From positions 1 through 5,866 of IMG/VR virus record IMGVR_UViG_2660237951_000003: 5,866 nt of DNA. One strand, written 5' to 3'. Below, in pieces: positions 5,849-5,866 of this stretch; position 1 is the stretch's first letter, and each line of letters starts with the position of its first letter. The notes below the pieces were generated by a model that was not told the DNA's origin, ran no database searches, and worked only from the letters and a program-made list of their open reading frames with translations. The DNA comes from a virus. Lineage: Duplodnaviria > Heunggongvirae > Uroviricota > Caudoviricetes. Position numbers and translations under genes: made by a program.

Positions 5849-5866
5849 ATCTGAACTCGCTACGGC

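Larger units (their letters stand above)
1..5866 (+). mobile_element. Segment of a lambdoid/P22-like prophage early-left (pL-type) operon; neither attachment site nor integrase is in the window
   Basis: Co-directional, tightly packed small genes with overlapping stop/start junctions; N-like protein plus boxB hairpin; Rad52-like annealing protein next to SSB; cIII-like and Ea22-like proteins, in an order resembling the lambda N...cIII...recombination...ea22 layout. Confidence 0.7.

Noticed and set aside
1-5866. CRISPR array, IS element or integron features
   Set aside because: No regularly spaced direct repeats, no terminal inverted repeats flanking a transposase-sized ORF, and no attC-like structures were seen.

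Overview
This window reads as the early-left (pL-type) operon of a lambdoid/P22-like enterobacterial prophage, with all 13 supported genes on the + strand, tightly packed and often overlapping (ATGA/GTGA junctions). From left to right: an intrinsic terminator closing an upstream transcript; an AT-rich region with operator-like repeats and a candidate promoter; a boxB-type hairpin (GCGCTGACAAAGCGC) followed by a ~260-nt structured leader; an N-like antiterminator with an arginine-rich N-terminus; two hypothetical genes, one strongly acidic; a cluster of three terminator-like hairpins; a cIII-like small protein and a small acidic protein; a Rad52-like annealing protein directly followed by an SSB; and five further small genes including an Ea22-like coiled-coil protein. 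No rRNA, tRNA, CRISPR array or IS element is visible. The most notable anomalies are an SSB whose reading frame runs 15 codons past the conserved DDDIPF tip, a matched N-peptide/boxB pair, and several unrecognised small early genes that are plausible host-takeover or anti-defence candidates. Every family assignment is from reading the translations and from remembered motifs; no database search was run.
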